Below, piece by piece: positions 60,807-64,000 of a stretch of 64,000 nt of DNA. Source of the DNA: a virus; IMG/VR virus record IMGVR_UViG_3300008954_003554, positions 19,334-83,333 of that record. One strand, given 5' to 3'. Below the pieces are notes generated by a model that saw nothing but the letters and a program-made list of their open reading frames with translations, ran no database searches and had not been told where the DNA came from. Made by a program: the position numbers and the translations under genes. How positions within the stretch are numbered: the first letter of the stretch is position 1; the number at the start of each line of letters is the position of its first letter.

Positions 60807-62807
60807 GTGAGTAAGAGATTGATAACTAGTTTTGATAGTAATATTTTTCCTGAGAAAAAAGAAGAAAAGCACACTTTAGTCCCCTCAGACGCTGAGGTTG
60901 TTTTTGTATCTGATGTGTTCATTGAGGAATATGTGGGAGGAGCAGAGCTTAGCTCAGAGGCTTTGATTGAGTCTTCTCCGTTTAATGTTTTTAAAGTAAA
61001 ATCTAGTCAAGTTTCAATGGAGACTCTTGAGTCGGGTCATAAGAAATTTTGGATATTTTGCAATTTTGCTTCAATGGATTTTGACTTAATTCCCACAATA
61101 GTTTCAAATTTAAAATATGCGATTGTTGAATATGACTACAAATATTGTAAATACAGGTCTGTAGAAAAACATCAAGTTGCAGAAGACAAGCCCTGCGACT
61201 GTCACGATCAACCTTTTGGAAAGATGGTGTCAGCATTTTTATATGGTGCCAGATCTCTATGGTGGATGTCAGAGAAACAACAAGCTCACTATAACAACCT
61301 CTTCCCTTTTCTAAAAGAAAAACCAAGCATAGTTCTTTCTTCTATATTTAATGATAGTTTTTTTCTAAAGGTCAAAGAGCTTAGACTTGAAAGTAAAAAT
61401 TTGAATAGGACGGGTTATGTTATTGTAGGGTCAAATTCCTGGATAAAGGGTTTGCAAGACTCCATTGCATATTGTGAAGAAAATTCTTTAGATTATCAGG
61501 TAGTGTGGAACAAACCTTATAATGAATTACTAACAATACTGTCTAGATCAAAAGGCCTGGTGTTTTTACCAAGAGGGGGAGATACCTGTCCCAGACTTGT
61601 CATAGAAGCTAAGCTTCTAGGTTGTGATCTAATATTAAATGAAAATGTTCAGCATAAAGATGAAATCTGGTTTGACACAGATGACATGTATGACACGGAG
61701 GCATATCTATATGCTGCTAGGCATAGATTTTGGGAAGCCATAAAGTCTAATATGTTTTATAACCCAACTATAAGCGGATATACCACTACACTCAACTGTA
61801 TAGATCAAAATTATCCTTTTGAAGAATCAATTACGTCACTATTGGGTTTCTGTGATGAGGTCGTAGTAGTTGATGGCGGGTCTACGGACGGAACATGGGA
61901 GAAATTAAATAAGATTGCCAGTGAAAATGAAAACATGATTATCCACCAGCAATCGAGAAATTGGGATAGCAAAAGATTTGCAGTTTTCGATGGTTTACAA
62001 AAAGGGCTGGCAAGATCTCTATGCAATATGGACTATTGTTGGCAACAAGACGTTGATGAAATAGTTCACGAAAGAGACTATGTTAGGGTCAGAGATCTTG
62101 TAAAGAGTATTTCAACATCAATAGATCTTTTATGCCTCCCAGTAGTAGAGTATTGGGGAGGAACAGAAAAGGTAAGAATAGATGTAAATCCGTGGAAGTG
62201 GAGATTAAGTAAGAATCTACCGCACATTACTCACGGGATTCCTGACAAATTAAGAAAATTTGATGAAGATGGGGATCTTTATGCTGCCCCGGGAACAGAT
62301 GGCTGCGACTATGTCAGAAATAATGACTATAGTACGATTAAATTTTCAACTTTCTACACAAATGAAGTAGAGGGTGTGAGAAGAGCTTGTATGGTGTCCC
62401 CTTCTGTCGCGGCAGAGCAAGGAGAAAACTTTCTAAGAGATGCTGTTAAAAATTATGAAAACTGGATGAATGTAATGGTAGACTCTCTACCTACAGTTCA
62501 TCATTACTCATGGTTTAACATAGAAAGAAAAATTAAAACATATAAAAATTACTGGTCTTCCCACTGGCAGAGTCTATACGATATAAAACAAGAAGATACT
62601 TCTGAGAACAATATGTTCTTTAATAAGCCATGGTCTAAAGTTTCTGATAAAGATGTCTCTGAAATGGCCTCCAAGCTTTCAGAAAAAATGGGAGGATGGG
62701 TTTTTCATTCAAAGGTAGATTTTAGAAAATCCACCCCACATGTAAAATTAAACTGTAACCATCCTGAAATAATGAAAGACTGGATTAAAGAAAACGCCGG
62801 AAAATAA
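60807..62807 (+). CDS. bifunctional glycosyltransferase (GT-B/GT4-like plus GT2-like)
   Basis: GGAE, DTCPRLVIEAKLLG; CDEVVVVDGGSTDGT, DVDE. Confidence 0.8.
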   Translation: MSKRLITSFDSNIFPEKKEEKHTLVPSDAEVVFVSDVFIEEYVGGAELSSEALIESSPFNVFKVKSSQVSMETLESGHKKFWIFCNFASMDFDLIPTIVSNLKYAIVEYDYKYCKYRSVEKHQVAEDKPCDCHDQPFGKMVSAFLYGARSLWWMSEKQQAHYNNLFPFLKEKPSIVLSSIFNDSFFLKVKELRLESKNLNRTGYVIVGSNSWIKGLQDSIAYCEENSLDYQVVWNKPYNELLTILSRSKGLVFLPRGGDTCPRLVIEAKLLGCDLILNENVQHKDEIWFDTDDMYDTEAYLYAARHRFWEAIKSNMFYNPTISGYTTTLNCIDQNYPFEESITSLLGFCDEVVVVDGGSTDGTWEKLNKIASENENMIIHQQSRNWDSKRFAVFDGLQKGLARSLCNMDYCWQQDVDEIVHERDYVRVRDLVKSISTSIDLLCLPVVEYWGGTEKVRIDVNPWKWRLSKNLPHITHGIPDKLRKFDEDGDLYAAPGTDGCDYVRNNDYSTIKFSTFYTNEVEGVRRACMVSPSVAAEQGENFLRDAVKNYENWMNVMVDSLPTVHHYSWFNIERKIKTYKNYWSSHWQSLYDIKQEDTSENNMFFNKPWSKVSDKDVSEMASKLSEKMGGWVFHSKVDFRKSTPHVKLNCNHPEIMKDWIKENAGK

Positions 62808-62808
62808 A

Positions 62809-63525
62809 ATGAAAGTAATATTCATATCACCTTGCTATAATGCTTCTAGAAATCTGGACAATCTAGTAAATTCAGTTAGATGTCAAAAAAATGAAAATTG
62901 GAATCTAATTTTAATAGATGATATTTCAGATGACGATACATTTGAAAAAATGAAATCTATATCAGAAGAGAAACGAAACTCTGATAAAAAAATCAAGATA
63001 GTAAAGAACGATGAAAAGAAATATGCCTTGAGAAACATTATAGAAGCAGCCAGAGATTTTCAGGATCAAGATTACATTATTGCTGTAATAGACGGTGATG
63101 ATCAACTTTGCAATGAAAGCACTGTTGATATTCTGATAAAAGAATATAATAGTGGCAACGACGTGGTCTGGACCGGACACAGATGGGATATTAACGGAAT
63201 GAATATTTCAAAAGACATGCCCTTTCATGTTGATCCGTACCATTGGCCGTGGTGCTCTTCTCACCTAAGAACGTTTAAGTCAAGCCTGCTTAATAAAATA
63301 CCTGATTCTAATTTTAAAGATACTTTTGGAAACTGGTTCAAAAGAGGATATGATCAGGCCCTTATGCTACCGGTGATACGAGTCGGTGAGAGTAGAAAGT
63401 ATGTAGATGAAATTTGCTATCAATATAATATTAATTCAGTATCTGTTTCAGATAGAGACTGGGCTGAGAAAATACAGCATAGCACAGTAAACCTGGTTAG
63501 GTCACGGGGATTTTTAGAAAAATAA
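62809..63525 (+). CDS. glycosyltransferase family 2
   Basis: ISPCYNA, LIDDISDD, IDGDD. Confidence 0.88.
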   Translation: MKVIFISPCYNASRNLDNLVNSVRCQKNENWNLILIDDISDDDTFEKMKSISEEKRNSDKKIKIVKNDEKKYALRNIIEAARDFQDQDYIIAVIDGDDQLCNESTVDILIKEYNSGNDVVWTGHRWDINGMNISKDMPFHVDPYHWPWCSSHLRTFKSSLLNKIPDSNFKDTFGNWFKRGYDQALMLPVIRVGESRKYVDEICYQYNINSVSVSDRDWAEKIQHSTVNLVRSRGFLEK

Positions 63526-63536
63526 AGAGAAGCCGA

Positions 63537-64000
63537 ATGAAAGGAATAATACTTGCCGGAGGCCTGGGCCAGAGACTTTACCCCTTGACAATGGTTACAA
63601 ATAAGCACCTGCTTCCAGTTGGAAGAAAACCAATGATATTTCATCCAATAGAAAAACTAGTTGGTGCTGGAATAAAAGATATTACAATAGTTACAGGAAC
63701 TAATCATGTTGGGAACATGATAAGATTGCTGGGTAGCGGAGACTCGTTTGATTGTAACTTTACGTATAGGGTTCAAGATAGTCCTGATGGCATCGGAGGA
63801 GCCCTAAAGCTATGCAGGGACATAGTAGGTAATGAAAAATGTGTTGTTATTCTTGGAGATAACATGTTTGAAGATGGGTTGAGCAAGTTCATCGAAAAAT
63901 TTAATAAATCTGATTCTTCCTGTATGCTTCTCTTAAATAAAGTAGAAGACCCGTGTAGATTCGGTGTCGCTGTAATAGAAAATAAAAAAATAGTTAAAAT
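63537..64000 (+). CDS. rfbA: glucose-1-phosphate thymidylyltransferase (3'-truncated by the window; not in ORF track)
   Basis: MKGIILAGGLGQRLYPLT..NKHLLPVG.KPMI...VQ..PDGIGGAL...ILGDN. Confidence 0.9.
   Translation, partial: MKGIILAGGLGQRLYPLTMVTNKHLLPVGRKPMIFHPIEKLVGAGIKDITIVTGTNHVGNMIRLLGSGDSFDCNFTYRVQDSPDGIGGALKLCRDIVGNEKCVVILGDNMFEDGLSKFIEKFNKSDSSCMLLLNKVEDPCRFGVAVIENKKIVK

Noticed and set aside
1-64000. Stop-codon reassignment (code 15 or 4) as in some large phages
   Set aside because: Conserved genes are full length under code 11, and TAG, TGA and TAA all terminate genes at sensible positions.

Overview
This 64-kb window looks like part of a large (jumbo-type) tailed-phage genome read with the standard code 11, with almost all genes on the + strand. 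No capsid, terminase or integrase gene lies in the window, so the phage call rests on gene content and architecture. Three compartments are visible. (i) At ~1-10 kb, ~28-39 kb and 48.8-54.3 kb, about 25 otherwise unrelated proteins share an N-terminal basic/amphipathic tag (MK[IV]T[RK]RQLRxII[KR]EE...LxE, often followed by Q[YH][QE]PR). Most are preceded by an ATA[GT]TTA[TA] putative late-promoter motif, and two are flanked by direct repeats, one of them a duplication of the tmRNA 3' end. (ii) A largely GC-rich early-type region (~7.5-27.6 kb) holds very small genes driven by 23 copies of a [GAT]TG[TC]A[AG]-N17-TATAAT promoter. It contains tandem arrays of KOW/SH3-like mini-genes joined by a repeated RBS/start/stop junction, a phased TGACA-N3-TGTCA palindrome array, a MoxR AAA+/vWA-metallopeptidase pair, a RadA/Sms-like ATPase, a 5'-3' exonuclease, tRNA-Arg(UCU), and a ~740-nt ORF-less, richly base-paired candidate large ncRNA with its own promoter. 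(iii) An AT-rich block encodes a trypsin-like protease, a Nudix hydrolase, YeaH-SpoVR-PrkA, a degenerate chaperonin, an Hc1-like protein, tmRNA, a stand-alone sigma region-4 protein, PIN-PhoH, tail-fibre-like proteins, glycosyltransferases and a truncated rfbA. The best candidates for new biology are the tag-plus-cargo protein library, the junction-repeat SH3 cassette array and the large structured RNA. No searches were run, so family calls come from motif recognition only.
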